Positions 1 through 43,974 of a DNA stretch of 64,000 nucleotides are shown here, piece after piece. Source of the DNA: Octopus vulgaris (Eukaryota); NCBI GenBank assembly GCA_951406725.2, contig OX597817.1, positions 102,858,001 to 102,922,000 on the forward strand, in the 5' to 3' direction. The first letter of the stretch is position 1. Every line of letters starts with the position of its first letter. The translations under genes were made by a program, and so were the position numbers. A model generated the notes under the pieces. It made no database searches and had not been told where the DNA came from. It saw nothing but the letters and a program-made list of their open reading frames with translations.

Positions 1-317
1 GACATTAACCAGTAACATTAGCTTTTTTCACTCATCACAGCAACCAAACTTGAGATCCGACAAACTCTTTTATTAATGTATGTCAGTTTCATACACATAT
101 ACTTAAAAGTTGATTAGTGTGTGGCTACAAAGTTGATATATATTAATCTGTTTACATACATTGATATGTGTATCTATGTCAAAATGCTAATGTGCATATT
201 TATGTTGCATAAATATGTATAATATGAAAATGTTCATAAAGCATAGAATATATCAATGTCTTACCAGTATCCATGTTCAAAAGTGACCAAAAGTCTGTTG
301 TCATATTTTTGATATAG

Positions 318-29239
<28,922 letters not shown>

Positions 29240-32200
29240 TAGTCCTGCACAGAAAATAGTTTAACTTATTATTACAGTGCAACAAGGAAATACAGCAGAT
29301 TGATTCCGGGATGTTAAACAATGCTAAGTTTACTGGTAATGACTAAATATTTGCAACCACAACACCTTGTTGCTAATTTTATGGTCTTCCACTCAACTGG
29401 TAGCATTGATTACTAAACTGAAGAAAATACCATTACATACTGCTGTCATTCAGGAAGGAGAGCCTTCTTAATTCATTTCCTCTTAACTGTTCTTCACATC
29501 ACTGGGAATTCTCTGTTCTTTATTCCACACAGACTCATTCTTCTGGATAGTGAGCTTGTAATATACAACTCTAATGTAAAGCTGGAGAGAATAAAATCAA
29601 TATTTGGATACTTATAGTAGCAAAATAGTTTAACAAAGGTCAGAATAATCTTTGCTCGGGTATCTCATTAATATACATGCTGTAATGATAAAAGTAATGG
29701 GTGGATAGCATGGGTGAATAACTGCAGCAAATGTAACTTTTGAATGACTAGCATAGTGGAATTGTGTAATTGTTGTGGGAATTGACAACCTTTGGATAGG
29801 TTGTATAAGAGTTTCAATGTAGTGATACATGCCAACAACACTCTATCATTATTTCACTTGGGTACACTTCAGATTTAAAGATGTTAAGTTGTATCCCTTG
29901 CAGCATGTCTGTGTTTTTCTTTCTTTTTATAGCATTGTTATCAGGACCAATGACTGTATTTTTAGAATTCTTTGTGGAAATCTTTCTAACCAAGAAGAAA
30001 GTCTTTCTTTCTTAATATATTTAAAGAAAATATGATACAATATTATCACACTGCCAACAGCGGTATACTGAAGTTGACAGTTTATTATTATATTTTAATG
30101 GACAACATTAATGAACTGTTTGAGTTCATAAATGGTTGTTCCATCTCCTTAAATCCCTTTTTTTTTTGTGTATAGCTGCATTCGCACACACACACATTCA
30201 AGCACACAGCCACATACATTTTTGGGTGTGTATTTTTCACTCCAGTCTCTGTACATTCAGCATTGATTTTACTTTAAAAATGACCTAATATTTCAAGTAT
30301 TACTCCTAAAACACAAGCAACAAGCCTTATTTATATCATTAAAACTTCATAATTTACCAGTCCCACTCTAAAATCTGGTTTTTCCTTTAATTCACATTGC
30401 TTCAACTGTGTCAGCCTATATGTAGCATCATTTTTTTTCTATCATAACATTCATTTATTGTTCTGCCTAACTCCATTCATTGGGAATCTTTTATTTGCAA
30501 TAGTTTTTAGAATCACAACTTATTTTCCCCGTCTTTGAACTCAGTCCCATAAACTGTCAACCTTAATTTAACTGTAAATCTAGATTTCCTGTTTTTTTTT
30601 TTTGTTTGTTGTTTTTTTTTTTCCTTGCTTAAATCTTATTTCAAGTAAATTACTAAGTGTTTAATTTCTCAATCCTAATTTTGTCCTTACTGAAGTTGAG
30701 TGGCAGGGAAATATTCTGAAACTTGGCTGCAAATTTTCTATATTGAATTTCACTACTTGCATCAAAAAGAGTCAGATTTAGACTGAGCTGCCCTACTTAG
30801 TATAATAGCAATACCTTCATAGTTTAAATAGTGGATATGTTTGATTCTGAAACTGTATAAGTTTGCTTTTATACCTCCTTTGCCTTAAAAAAAGCACACA
30901 CAGTTTGAGGAAATTGCATACTATATATTTCTTTTAGTGTTCCTTTTGGTTTCTCTTAAAAAAGAAGCAACTGCATTATCTTCAGTTTATCTTTATCTTC
31001 CTTCTATCAATAGCATTTTGTAACTATAATTTTCTGATTTAGAGTCCAGTCACATTGTGAAAATATGATGAAGATTATTACCAATTACAACATACACATA
31101 TATATATATATATAGTTAACTTAGAATTACATGGTTATATTTTAAACAATACGAAACATGCATGATCACAGAGGGTATCCACTCTTTATCTTTGCAAGGT
31201 TTCACTTAGTTCAAAATGTAAGCATATATGTAACATGGTTTCTACATGGTTTTCATTGTCTGCCTTACTCTTATTCAAGTTCTATGATAATGTGTGTTTG
31301 AGTTGCCAAAAGAATAATTCTTGATATGAAAATAATTGTGCCAAATGTTATCTTTTGCATTAAGAAATATACTGGCTGATTTTATGTTTATATATTATGG
31401 AGATCTGTCATGAATAGGTGATATAGAACTCTGTTTTCACTCTATTTAAAAAATCTGCTATTGGATATCAAGACTTGTCTGTGTTTGGATTCTACTTAAC
31501 ACTTTGTGCAGGTAGGTTTCTCATTAATGTTTTAATTAGACTTAAGTTTAGTTTGAACTAATTTGGACCACTCTTGCATTGATCTGCTTTATTTCTCACT
31601 CCTATTTATTTTCTAGGGGTTTTTTTTTTTTTGAGATCTTAAATTTCCTTGTTCCTTCAAGTTTAGATAATTGAGGATTTGTGTGTATGTCTGTATATGT
31701 AGACATTTTATGTTCTATATATATATAGAAACGTATGTCTATCTGTTCTATATATATAGAAACATGTGTCTGTGTGTGTGTGTGTATTACCTTTACATGT
31801 AACTTTGGTTGATGACCAAATAAATGTCAGTGTTTCCATGGCTTGCTCAATTTGAACAACTTGGACCTATTGGAAATTAATATCAGTCTATCATCTATGG
31901 ATATTCTCATTTCAGCATTGTTATATTCTTTATTTGGTGGGAGTATATTGCAATTTTTGTATTAAGGATCATTTTGAATTGCCCGAATAATATTTTGCTA
32001 GCTCCCCTACACTGTTATTAAATTCCTTCTAAATAAATGTCTGTAGTGTTGGACAAGTACATTAATAATGTAGGAACTATGTATTTTGTCAGCTCTCTTT
32101 GAACTAATTGCAGAAGAACTGTTACTTCTTGGTTAGTGAGATTTGTGTTAATTTGATCATTCACATTTTTCATTAATTTATTTCTTTTGTATTAGACATC

Positions 32201-32517
32201 TTTTAGTTTTGTTTTCTTTGTGGACAGATCTAATATTAAGAGGTGGAATTCCTTGTCAATTTGTATAAAGATTTCTACTTAAATGTTCCCCTCTAGTTAT
32301 GATTGAATCTAATTACAACTGTCTGACTTTAATTAGCTCTGATCTGCTGTTGTCTGTTTGAAACTTGTTTTTCAAAGTCTGAAGAAAAAAGAAGAAACAG
32401 TCTATAAAAGCAGTAATTATAGTAGTGTGTCAACTACTGCCAGTAGCTACCTCAGCAATATAGTAGTTCATTGAAAGAAATTTTCCCTTGTGAATTACAA
32501 CAGAATACTAGAAGAAA

Positions 32518-32548
<31 letters not shown>

Positions 32549-32789
32549 CCAATGACAACAGATATACCAGCTGCTAAATTAGAATTGCACATATTGAGGC
32601 ATTAGTCTACTAATGAAGTGCAAATCAGGAAAGAAACTTATTTAAAAAAAAATTTCCTTTTATTCGTCATTTTAGCTGTCTCCTTTTTATCTTTCATGGT
32701 AATTGCGTGTCTTGGGAATCAATTCAAAGTTCTTGTCTTAGTAGCATACTGATATTCAGTATCTTTATTATCTGTTTCTTAAGATCTGG

Positions 32790-33470
32790 TTCTTTACATT
32801 ACTTTGTTTATTCACTGTAAAGTTCTCTTTTAGTCTGTAGTTGTACAAGCATTCATTTTCATAATGCTTCTGATATTTAGTGATGCCCAGAACACTGAAA
32901 CAACTAGGATCTTTAGTCGTATGAGGGGGACTAATCTCAAAGCCTTTGAACTGTTTGGTAATGCTACTGACAAGAGGGATGTCACACTTGATGGTTATGA
33001 AATATATTACAACTATGTTACTGTAACTAGAATTAAGGTCAACTTGCAATAAACACATAGGAAGTAATTTACTAATGTCTTTCATATGGAATGTGACTGT
33101 GCCCAATAGAGGAATGAGTTAGTTGGAATTGTCAGAACCTGTTCCAGTAACCATTGAAGGATAAAAGAGTAATTTGGCCCAGGAATTTGGGACCTGGTGG
33201 AGCATTTGGCAACAGAGTATGTCATGTATGATATAGATTACAGCCTGGTAAGAGATAGTGTTTCAGCTGCTTGTAGACAGTTCATCAAGTTGAATAACAA
33301 TTTATTTAGTGAGAGATTGAGATATTCTGGTCACTAAAATGCCTGCAGGACCCTTGATTACTTTTAGGATGTTTCTCTCCATTGCCTCACCAGGGGCCCA
33401 TATATTGTTGCAATGTAGAAGCCATGTTGATAAGTTTATCTGTGTTTCCATGTAATATCTATTTTTGTAC
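32790..33470 (-). mobile_element. Very old non-LTR retrotransposon relic (HERO-like?)
   Basis: Minus-frame PLVSSITKQFK...HTTKD resembles the LPISSLVEEFK...MTLRDS segment of RLE-type elements; weak. Confidence 0.3.
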
Positions 33471-34011
33471 CCCATAGAAATAGAAGCAACACATTGGATT
33501 ATGTAGTTCTAGACGGGATGGTCATGGCTGGAATGTATTAATAAGTCTGTCCTGTCAGGGCTGAACTGACCTGGGGATTAAACAACAAAGTTAACTTAGG
33601 ACTCAATAATGCCATTGTTCATTTTAAATTGAATGCATGAACCAACTACCATTGAAGAATACAAACCAATATCAATATATCTATGATCATCATGTTAAAC
33701 TTTTTTTTTTATTTATTCTCCATATTTGATTTCTTTTTCTCTTGTCATTTGTTACTGTTTTATCTTTTTTATTATTGTGAAATGGTTGTGGCCATACTTT
33801 TCATTCCACAAACAGATTATTGCCATAACTATCATAGTGTTTTCCATGTGTCATCCATAGATTTAAGTTTACTCTTTGGGATATATCATTTGAATTTGTT
33901 TTCAAACAAATAAAAAAAATTATTATAGTTAATTTAACAGATTCCTGTTCTTGGCCTACATCATATAGATAGTATGGTGTTGGCAACATATCACATAGTT
34001 TATGTTTTTGA

Positions 34012-34017
34012 AATAAA
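34012..34017 (+). promoter_or_regulatory. Candidate distal polyadenylation signal of SMC1
   Basis: AATAAA with downstream U/GU-rich tract near the end of the CpG-depleted zone; proximal alternative at 29590-29595. Confidence 0.3.
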
Positions 34018-34999
34018 TGTTCATTTCATTTTTACAACTCTTTGGGTTTTCTCTCTCTCTTTCTCTCTCTCTCTCTCATGTGGGTCATTTAATTTCAATA
34101 TCTTTCTTTGACACAAAGCTATATTAAGTATTGATTTAGATTTTGTTGACTACCAAGATATAGAGGGCAAAGTTAATAGCAAAGCATTTTACTGAAGTTG
34201 TTCCTATAATGTCTGTAGTACTACTACTGCATCAAATGCTATAATTTGGGCTGTAGTTTTGGGAAATGTTGCCTGTCTATCTGCTAGAATCATTTGGTTA
34301 AACTGTGATGCTTTGATGTACCATTTGTTCCATTCAAACCAAATTAGAAAACAAATGAATTGGCTTTGGATAAAATCTGGAATCTAAAGAAACATGGATC
34401 AAAGATATGTTTTATGTCTTAATAATTCTTAAGCTAATGAACATTGTCTGCATGTAAGTGCTGTAAAATCTGCAACTTCAGTTGAAGAAATAAGAATTTG
34501 TATAAAAAGAAAATCATGTGAAAAGTTTTAATGCATAATTTACTAATGCTAACACATTACTGAAGTTTATAAGACCCACAGTTATGACTAGTGCAGATAT
34601 TTTGGGTTTTTAAGAATGTATAGTTTTTCTATTAGTTTTTTCTAGACTAGGTATTTTCTATGTTTTATTTCTGCTTGTATCTGAAAGACATGACATATAA
34701 AGAAACAGTTTAATCTTTTTCTTTCACAGTCAATATGGGTTAAACAGCAAGTAACAATAACAAGAAGCTGTTGCATGATTTTGAGCATCAAAAGAAATGC
34801 GTTATGGCATTTCTTCTGGCTTTTTACAGTCTGCATTCAAATTCCGTCGAGATCAGGTTTATCTTTCATCCTTCAAGGGTCTGTAAAATAAAGTACCAGT
34901 TTAGCGCTGGAGTCAAACACTTTACCACAAAAAGCTATTGGGTTTAATTCAAACTGGTAAGATTACAACAGAACACTGTCACATTTCCTTTACCCTTTA

Positions 35000-36500
35000 A
35001 GCAATTGAGTTCAAGATCTGCTTGGACGGTCTTTAAGATGATAATTTGTGTAACACGTCTCATTCAACATAAGTTTTCCCCAACTATATCTTTCACATTT
35101 GGCAGTTTTGGTCGCCCTAGTTATTTCACTGTCAGGAATTATGTCTCCAAAAGATTTTATTGAGTGATCACGTTTTATCATGTGGTTCCTTGTACAATAT
35201 CCAGGTTTTTGACATTATACAAAACAATTGATAAGACGACAACTCTAGATCTGGCAGTTGATTCTGGTGAAACTTGATTTTCTACATCCATAGACAATAA
35301 TCAGAAACGATTCTTGCTTTTGCTATGATCATTTCTAGTTTTGTGTCAATACGTCCATCTTCCACTATTGTACTGCCAAGATACAGTTTCCAAATTAATG
35401 CCATCATCTCTGATATACATGTTGGTAAAGGACTTGAATAGGATAAGGCTTCTGTCTTTTTCGTTTTATCTCGAAACCAAATGTTTAAAGTGCATTGGAG
35501 AATGCATCCATAGTCCTCTGAGTGACTAATGCGCCGTAGTTCTCTTACTAGGCTCTGGTGGTTCACGTTTTGTTCTTAAGTGGTGATGTCAGAAGTCTGG
35601 AACATATAAACTCCACCCTTAAGATTGCAGAAGACCGCTAGTAATGCCGTGAGGAAGATTTGGGAAACAGTATAGGTACCAGTACATACTTCTATTTAAT
35701 ACCATGAGAGCAAATACGTCCTGATGTGTTTCTTGCATGTTTTACTATTGTTATCATTCCAGTGTGTATGAGCTACATCATATATGTAAAATTCTCACAA
35801 ATTCTCAATAGTTGGCAGTCCTCAGTATCAAATACTTTTTTGTGAAGTCAACAAATACCACATACATGGACCTGTCCTATTTTATGCATTTATCCTGGAG
35901 TTGTCAGAAGACCATATCAACTCTGCTACAATGTGCTCTACCTTCCATTAAACATTTCCCCCCAATGAAATAATTATTCATCTCTTGGCATCTTATTAAC
36001 GATTGAATTTACTGTGTATTGGTGTATATTGGTAAGTGTCACACAGCCTATATCCCCTGGCAAAAAGAGTAGCTGCTGAAAGCGTTTAATCTACAACGTT
36101 CTTTCATATGGCGAATCAATCCCCTGATTCTCTAGGTCCCTTTTCGTGTTTGCCATTTTAGATGAACGTGTATTTCACATTGTTCAGAGTACCTGAGTCA
36201 CGAAATCGGTTTTGTATTGAAATGTACTTTTTTTTATATTAGTATTGCTATCATTTTCAAGTTACCAACAGCAACTGTCTTCCTGGCAATAACTGTTCAT
36301 GGCAAGTGTGAATTTAGTTGACCGAAGTAAAAGCTTAACCTCAGTGATGCCAATTGACATGGTTTCTTTGGGGATTTTCTTCCTTTATTTTTTGTCTCCA
36401 ATGAAAGCCCAATCAGAAGGCAAAGTCAATGTTTAACTCTTTGAGGCGTTACACACCCTGTTACCATAAGTGGAGTTTTTAATCACATTACGCCTTAAAG
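35000..36500 (-). mobile_element. Old RTE-like LINE relic
   Basis: Minus ORF LYLGSTIVEDGRIDTKLEMIIAKAR and VNHQSLVRELRR; boundaries uncertain. Confidence 0.5.
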
Positions 36501-38141
36501 TCGATATTGTAAATGGTGGGAAAATTACTTGATAATCTTTGTTTATATTAAGTGAAGAACTGAAATTCCAGTGAGATGATTATCAGGTGATTATTAAAAA
36601 TGACTGATTGACGAACCTTCATTCATTAATACATCGATGCATTGTATCTTCGTTCTGCCTGACTTTTAAACATTTACTGTCAACATTTTGGCTCCTCTGA
36701 TCTAGCAAGGTGTGCACCATTCACCAACATCTCATCCTCGCTGTTTCCTAACAAACTCTTCTGAACTTTTTTTCCCGTCGGTAGTTTCTTACAGGTATTG
36801 TGATGGTCTGCAAAAGTCAGTGATAGTGCCCTCTCTAATTCTGAAGTATAATTCTGGCAAATTGTTTAAAAGAAAATGTGTCTTTGATGACTGCATCATG
36901 TACGAACAACAACGGTACAAGACAAACTGACTGTTTAATATTCTGAATATGGAAAATGATAAACTTGTAGTTTGGTCTCAGGGTGTAGGCGTTTCATTTT
37001 ATGAAGTAAGAATGCCATAAAATAATTGGTTTTCTATGCTTGTTTATGCTATGGTTTACAAATGTCATTTCATTTTTTGCCAGTCATTTTCAATTGTTAG
37101 TAATGAACAATATATAATTACAGAAAATCAATTTACCGCATTCTGTTTCTATTAATATCTTGGTAACTGAATAATTAGTATATTTTAAAAGTTCCCGGAA
37201 GCTTAACCTTCTCCGCTTGCACGACTTTGTGTTGTATTATGGTGGCATTCTTGTGGAGTTTAGCTGTTGCACACAACCATATCTTTTTACCAGTAGGATT
37301 TCTTCAATTTTTAATAGCTTAGGATGTCTCTGCATCTAATGATTAACAATATGGCCAATAGAGAAAAAAATCTGAAATATGTACGCGAAACGTAAATATA
37401 CACTGAAATGAGATGTGTCATTTTTTTGTTTTCGTTTTCCAAAATGCTTTTGAATTTGTTTACGAAATATCTGATAAATAAAGCAATGCTTGAATTTTTA
37501 CTTTAACTACCCTCACTAACAAAATTCCGTGCAACAAATATGAAGAAATCCACAAATGCGTTTGGAAGAGACGAATCGTAGATCTGCAATTCTGTTTTCA
37601 TTACAGCACATTGTTCTTAGCACAGGTATAAACATTAGAATATCCTATTTATTTCTCTCTCTCTTCACTACTGTGTCTAAAAAAAAAAAGTCTGAGGTCG
37701 TTTCAGAAATCATAATTAAACTGCTGTCAGATAAATACGAGAGATAAGCTCCTTGTGTAGGCATTTTAGTTCCGACATTTATGTCGTTAATGCTCTTTGA
37801 AAATACATGTCACAAAGTTTGATTTCCGCTCTCTTTAAAAGTCATCTCAAGTTTCATGCCAAGTGTTGAGATGGCAGTGAAGATATTCTGTTCGAGATGA
37901 TTTACAGTAGTCTCTACATTGTTGTTTCTTCATATGGGGTAAGGCCGAAATTCACATGAGTATCATAAAATCTGAATAAAACGGTGCAGTAAGCAGATTA
38001 AAGACGTACTGATTACTAATTTCTTCCTTCTACACCCTGTGTTTGAAAAACGTCGGATTGAGTGCTTTGCCGTTTTCGTTCCGGTGTTCTAAACTACCGA
38101 ATGAAATCCTGCCTACATCAGCTTTGCTTTCGATTATTATG

Positions 38142-38198
<57 letters not shown>

Positions 38199-38199
38199 C

Positions 38200-38778
38200 G
38201 TGTGTGTCTGTGTTTGTTATGCACCACAGCTTGACAACTGGTGTTGGTGTGTTCACGTTCTTCGTAATTTAGAGGTTCAGCAGAGACCAGCTGATTAAGT
38301 ACCAAGCTTTAAAAAAAGTACTAGGGTCGATTCATTCGACTAAAAATTCTTTAAGGCTGTGCCCCAGCATGGCCACAATCTAATGACTGAAACAAGTAAA
38401 AGGTAAATAGATAAAAGATATATAAATATTTGTTTCAAACTGCGACCATGCTGTAACATCCTTAAATTTTTTGTAGTAAATAAATCGACCCCAAGTGCTT
38501 AATTTTTAAAAGCCAGGTACTTATTCTAGCGGTTCTTTAACTGAACCGCTAAGTTACGGAGACGTAAACACAACACCGGTTGTCAAGCGATGGTGGAGGA
38601 CAAACACATTATATAATAGGCTTCTTTTAGTTTCCGCCTATCAAATCCACTTACAAGGCTTTGGTCGGCCAGAAGCTGTTGTAGAAGACACTTGCCCAAG
38701 GTACCGCACAGTTGGACTGAACCCGGAACCACGTGTTTGGGAAGCAAACTTCTTACCACAAAGCCACGCCTGCGCCTA
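38200..38778. mobile_element. Two SINE family B copies tail-to-tail (+ 3' half ~38200-38420; - copy ~38430-38778)
   Basis: Similarity to 47072-47465; tRNA-like head ggcgcaggcgtggct...ggttcagtc on minus strand. Confidence 0.8.
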
Positions 38779-38869
38779 AACCAAATGAAACAAGGCTCAT
38801 TCATTCTCAACAAAAATTCACTCAGTTCAATATAGCAGTCATCGTAGGTGTGTTCTCTTTCTCGTGTAG

Positions 38870-39720
38870 CTTTAATCAAAGATGTCTAAAATTTAGTGAA
38901 ATAAAAAGTTTTCATTTGTCAATGGTTCATAAATTGTCTGATGATAATAAATATAGTGACGTGTGAAAATGTCGCCATTGACTCAATGGCCAGTGATGCA
39001 CGCTATCATTGAATGCATTGAAGCTACTTTTGGTGTTGGGAGCACTATCAACAAGTTTAACGGCGAATATGGTTGCAAAAGGTTACACGAAACATTTGAT
39101 CATTTGCTTTCAATCGTCAAAAGTTAACTGCTTGCATACGTTACACGAGGCCCGTCGCTAGATTTTGAGGCTTGTAAGGGGTGCGTTTCAGAATATTGCG
39201 GGTGGGCACTAATATGTATTGCGGTAAGATTTTTCTAAACTGTATTTTCTCAATCTGAGGGTGCACCATTGAATAGTGAGTACCATTTCCCTTAGCGACG
39301 GGCGTGGTTACACAAAAAAGCGTCTTCTGCATGTCCTTTTAAATTTATTTTGCATTATTTTATTATTTATTTTATATACCACTATGATAATACATATCTA
39401 CAAGAGGCTCTGAAAAATATATTGGTGCCTCATAAAAAAAGTTAAGAATATTCTTGAGCAGTTTTTTACAGCAAAGGTGATGCGACTCCACACAGATGGA
39501 AGGGTAGAGAAGGATTGATCTTTTAGTCACTTAGAAGCTCTAGTCTCACTCTCGTAGATTTCTTCTTTTGGCGCTATCTTCTTGATCAGGTCTTCAGAAC
39601 AAAGAAATGATGAAAAAATCAAACCACAGTGTTTTTGACTGACTCGATTTTAGCAGTTGAAAAACAATGGCCATTATAATTGAGCATGGTGGTGAACATT
39701 TTGAATCTTATATTAAATAA
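38870..39720 (+). mobile_element. Tc1/mariner transposase relic
   Basis: FHLSMVHKLSDD; RWKGREG..RSSSLTLVDFFFWRYLLDQVF (WPPRSPDLTPLDFFLWG-like); GGEHFE* end. Confidence 0.6.
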
Positions 39721-39738
39721 GATATTAAATAAAAAGAA

Positions 39739-39769
<31 letters not shown>

Positions 39770-39829
39770 TTCTTCCCGGTACGTATATTCATAGTTAGAT
39801 TAAACAGAAATAAGTTCTAAAGGCAATTT

Positions 39830-40035
39830 TGAATTGACTGGCACTCTGTCGGTTACGACGACGAAGGTTCCAATTGATCCGATCAACAGAACAGTCTGCT
39901 CGTGACACTTTACAGACACCTTAGCGTAGTGAAAAATAGTGTCTTGCTCAAGGATATAATGCGTCGTTGGGAATCGAACTCACGACCTTACAATCGTGAG
40001 CCGAATACTCTAACTATTAAGCCACGTGCCTTCAC
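39830..40035 (-). mobile_element. tRNA-derived SINE
   Basis: Minus head gaaggcacgtggcttaatagttagag...gagttcgattccc (A/B boxes), then ccttgagcaagacac core. Confidence 0.65.
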
Positions 40036-40625
40036 AGAATTTCGAGTTACTCTGTATATCACAAGTTTTATTGATCTTAGGAACCAGTGAGGAAAGTCGG
40101 AGGCCTTTTATGGACGCCTGGGTGGTAGAACGACCACATAGAGGGCGTCCTACCTGCCAGAAATAGCGGCAATCCCTTCTGTCTTAAAAAGGGGAGGACA
40201 AGGAGCCATGTCACGCCACAACTTCACGCTGATTGGTTTATTTATAGATCAGTGATGTGAAACTGGTGGCTCACTCGTGATCCCTGATTGAATATCATGC
40301 AGTTAAGGCTCGAATCCCTACACTAGTATAAGTAAGACGAAGACAAATTGGTGAGACTTTGTTCCTTTTGCTAACTCTTGTCTGTTTTTCAAGGGAGATA
40401 TTTTTATCTCTAATACGTCTTAGAAAGCGCGGAACTAGCGGCCGATTTGTTGACAGGAAATGACAACCAACTTCAACGCTTTTTTCAGACTAAACGTAGA
40501 AAGTAAGCATTCACAAAGGCGTGCGCGCATGCTCATACACACACTTACATGTACATGCCTAGTTACCTATTTATATACATACGTATGTACACTCATACAC
40601 AAACATACATATATATACATACATA

Positions 40626-41854
40626 TGAGGGTCGGCTGAAAAGTTCATGGGCTGATTAAGATATTCTCATGAAATATGACCAAATGAGGTTTATTTTTCA
40701 ACATAGTCCCTCTTACGATCCACACAATTCTTCCATCGGTATTTCAGTGCTTGGATCCCATTCGTGGAGAAGCTTTCATCCTGTTAATCAAAAAAGTCAT
40801 CAAATGCAAATATGACGTCATCATCACTGCAATACTGGTTCCCAGCCAAGAGTTTTTTCATGTTGGGAAGCAGCTGATAGCCAAATGGGACCAAATCAGG
40901 AGAAAAGGGAGACTGATCAATCATCTCAAAGCCAGTCACATACAGCGGCCATTGAAACCGAAGACGTGTGAGCTAGAGCATTGTCCTCATGAAACCTTTC
41001 GTCAGTTTTCTTGTCCGTCTGGTCTTGATAGCCTTTTGTAACTGCCTCAGTAAGCTGGTATAGTACTCTCCATTGATGGTGTGACCCTTTTGAAGATAGT
41101 CAATAAACATAATGCCTTTTTGCATTAAAAGAAAAACTGGGTCATCACCTTCCCTGCAGATGAAATGACGTTCTTTGGAGCAGGTAAGGAGGGGTATTTC
41201 CTCTACATGGATTGTCTCTTCGTCTCTGGCTCAAAGTGATGAACCCAACTCTCATCTTGGGTTAGGAAACTAGCTGGATCTGCTTCAAACAATGTCAGAT
41301 CTTCCTATGATATGATCAGGTGTTAAAAGACGTGGCACCCACAGAGCAGTTACTTCATGCTAAATTCATTGTGCAGAATATTCTCAACTTTCTTGCAGGA
41401 TATGCTAATAGCATTGGCGATTTGATTTATAGCCAATCACCATGTGGTGAACACGATCAATATTTTCCTCAATGGTGGCAGTTTCAAGACGTCCAGGTGT
41501 TGAGTCATCTTCAAGACTTTCCCTTCCCCTCCTAAATTCAGCTGCTCATTTTTGCACTGTTGATAAAGTTGGATCATCATCCCCTAATGTAACAAGCATG
41601 TCAGCATGAATGTCCTTCGGTCTGAACCATTTCTCTGTAGGTATCTGATAACTCTGCGATGCCAAATTTTATCGATTTTCAAGAAAAGTTGCAACACGTT
41701 AATTTTGAGGTCTTTTTTGAACAGTCAGGTGAGTTTACATGGAAAGAAACAACGCAGTTATTAATAAGAAGTGTTGAAATTAATGTTTGCAAGATTTCAC
41801 AGCTCTAGCATCATTCCTTCATTGTCAGCCTACGAACTTTTCAGCCCATCCGCG
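40626..41854 (-). mobile_element. Full-length degenerate mariner element (~1.23 kb)
   Basis: TA TSDs; TIRs TGAGGGTCGGCTGAAAAGTTCATGGGCTGA / CGCGGATGGGCTGAAAAGTTCGTAGGCTGA; transposase remnants PFSPDLVP..Y and GIQALKYRWKNCVDRKRDYVEK*. Confidence 0.88.
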
Positions 41855-43304
41855 TACGTACTCAACCTCACATACATACAAACGACGTGCTTTATGCAAT
41901 GTCTGTACTTAACCACACAATCATGCCTGCGCCTCTACGTGTGTGTGCGCATGTATTGTATTGTATTGTATGTATGTATGTATGTGTGTATGTATGTATG
42001 TATGTATGTATGTATGTACATGTTTGTGTGTGTCCTTACCGGACAGCAATCTGAATGTATAGACTCATTAATGAATCTAACTTTTAAAGTGATCTTGTCA
42101 AGTGATACACTAAAACCATCATCTTTACCTTTTCTTTTATTTGCACTTCTTACAGAAACTCAGCCTTCTTGTAAAAAGAGAAACACCTCTCACCAAATCA
42201 TCTGTACCTTTATATAGGTGAATTTATCCAAATTGTCCTCGCATTAATTTATTCATTAGTGTCATGACGAAATGGCTGTTGGTCTTATATTATATAATCA
42301 ATATTATATAATGAAATATAACCATTGCTCATATTCATGTTTTCCAACTTGTTAAATGATTTATTATCCATATTTTGTTGAAACAGCTGTAACAGCTTTG
42401 TCTGTACAATGTACATATCTAAGAATAGGGTACCTCGTGGCGATCGTACGTAACGTTGAATGAGAATATTTCGATATGTCTCATGTATACAAGATAATAG
42501 TATTAACATCAATTCATCTCAGACATTTATATATCTTTTAAAATGTTACTGTGTAGAAATTACTAAGTTAAAGCCACAGCACAGCAAATAGCTTTATTTT
42601 CAGGTAAAATGGATGGTGAGGTGGTTGTTATGTTCTTACAACAATATCCAACCAATAATATAAACAAGATTGACATTCACTAATCCTTACAACAAACAGA
42701 GCTTGGTTTTAACATCGTTGTATAAGGACAGAATAAAATTTGTGAATGGGGTATAAAAATTGTAGCCAAAAGAAATAGATGTATTTAGAGGAAGAGAGAA
42801 TAAGAGGTACATCAAATTATAAGGCAAAGTGAAAAACAAAAACAAAAAATATCGAATGTAGAGTTAAAAAAAGAAGGCAATGTCGGTAAAAGAGAGTAAA
42901 CGTGAGATAAGGTGGTGGAGCTGGGGAGCAATAGAAGGTTTGGATTACACAAAGTAAACAATATATTGTTTATACTACCATATATTGACAACTATAGGCA
43001 TTAAAAATAAAAATAACTACTTTTAACCATAGGCTGAAACAGCTGTAAGAAGTGATTTTAACGATTTCAATCATTTATATTATGATTTTTATAATTTCTA
43101 TTTTTATCTTATATGTATTAAATTATAAGATATATATGTATGCTATTAAGGTTCTCATTTTGTTAAATGAATAAATAATTCAACATTCTAATATCCGAAA
43201 GTTGATGAACAAACTAAATTTGTTTCTCCATTTTCCTATTTGTATTATATATATATAAACTTACTTAGAAATGGATGCGTGGCGTTCAATGAAATGGTAG
43301 TATA

Positions 43305-43307
<3 letters not shown>

Positions 43308-43364
<57 letters not shown>

Positions 43365-43974
43365 GAGATGTGGAACACGAGTTGTGAAATATAAAAAAGG
43401 AAATGAAGAAAATGCTGACAAAATAATTTAAGTAATTTAAGTAATTTAATTAGGTGAAAGTTCTTTTTACCGGTTGCGCATTTGTTATGCTTATCAAAAG
43501 ATAATTTTTTTTAGAGAGATAGAGTTCTTTTCTGATAGATCTTTTCCTGTTATCTGACTTTATGTTGGGTTTGCTGTCTCTTATATGTGAAAAAAGAGGC
43601 TCCAGAGTTGTTTAAGATTTGCTTGGTTTCGCGCCTAAAATTTCTTGTGGACAATGGTCAATACAATTTTGATTGGTCATTATGAAGGGGTCACGTGAAT
43701 GTTTGAATGGAAGTTGGTGTTGGGGTAAGAAAAAGGCTCCAGAGAAGTTAAAATTTGGCTAGTGTCGCGCCTAAAATTTCTTATTGGTCATAATAAAGAG
43801 GTCACGTGGATGTGGTCATAATAGAGAGGTCACGTGAATGTTTAGAATTTTCGAAAATAGCGTTGTTGAAAATTCTTATTGTTCAGGCTGGTCAGTAGAC
43901 GTCATGTGGATATTTTAAATAGCTTTTTAGCGCGTAGTTAGGGAGTGTATTTTCCGCTTGACTGAATTTGAGCT

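Noticed and set aside
39975-40035. tRNA-like sequence on minus strand
   Set aside because: No proper acceptor stem and it continues into a SINE body; the other tRNA-like heads are likewise SINEs
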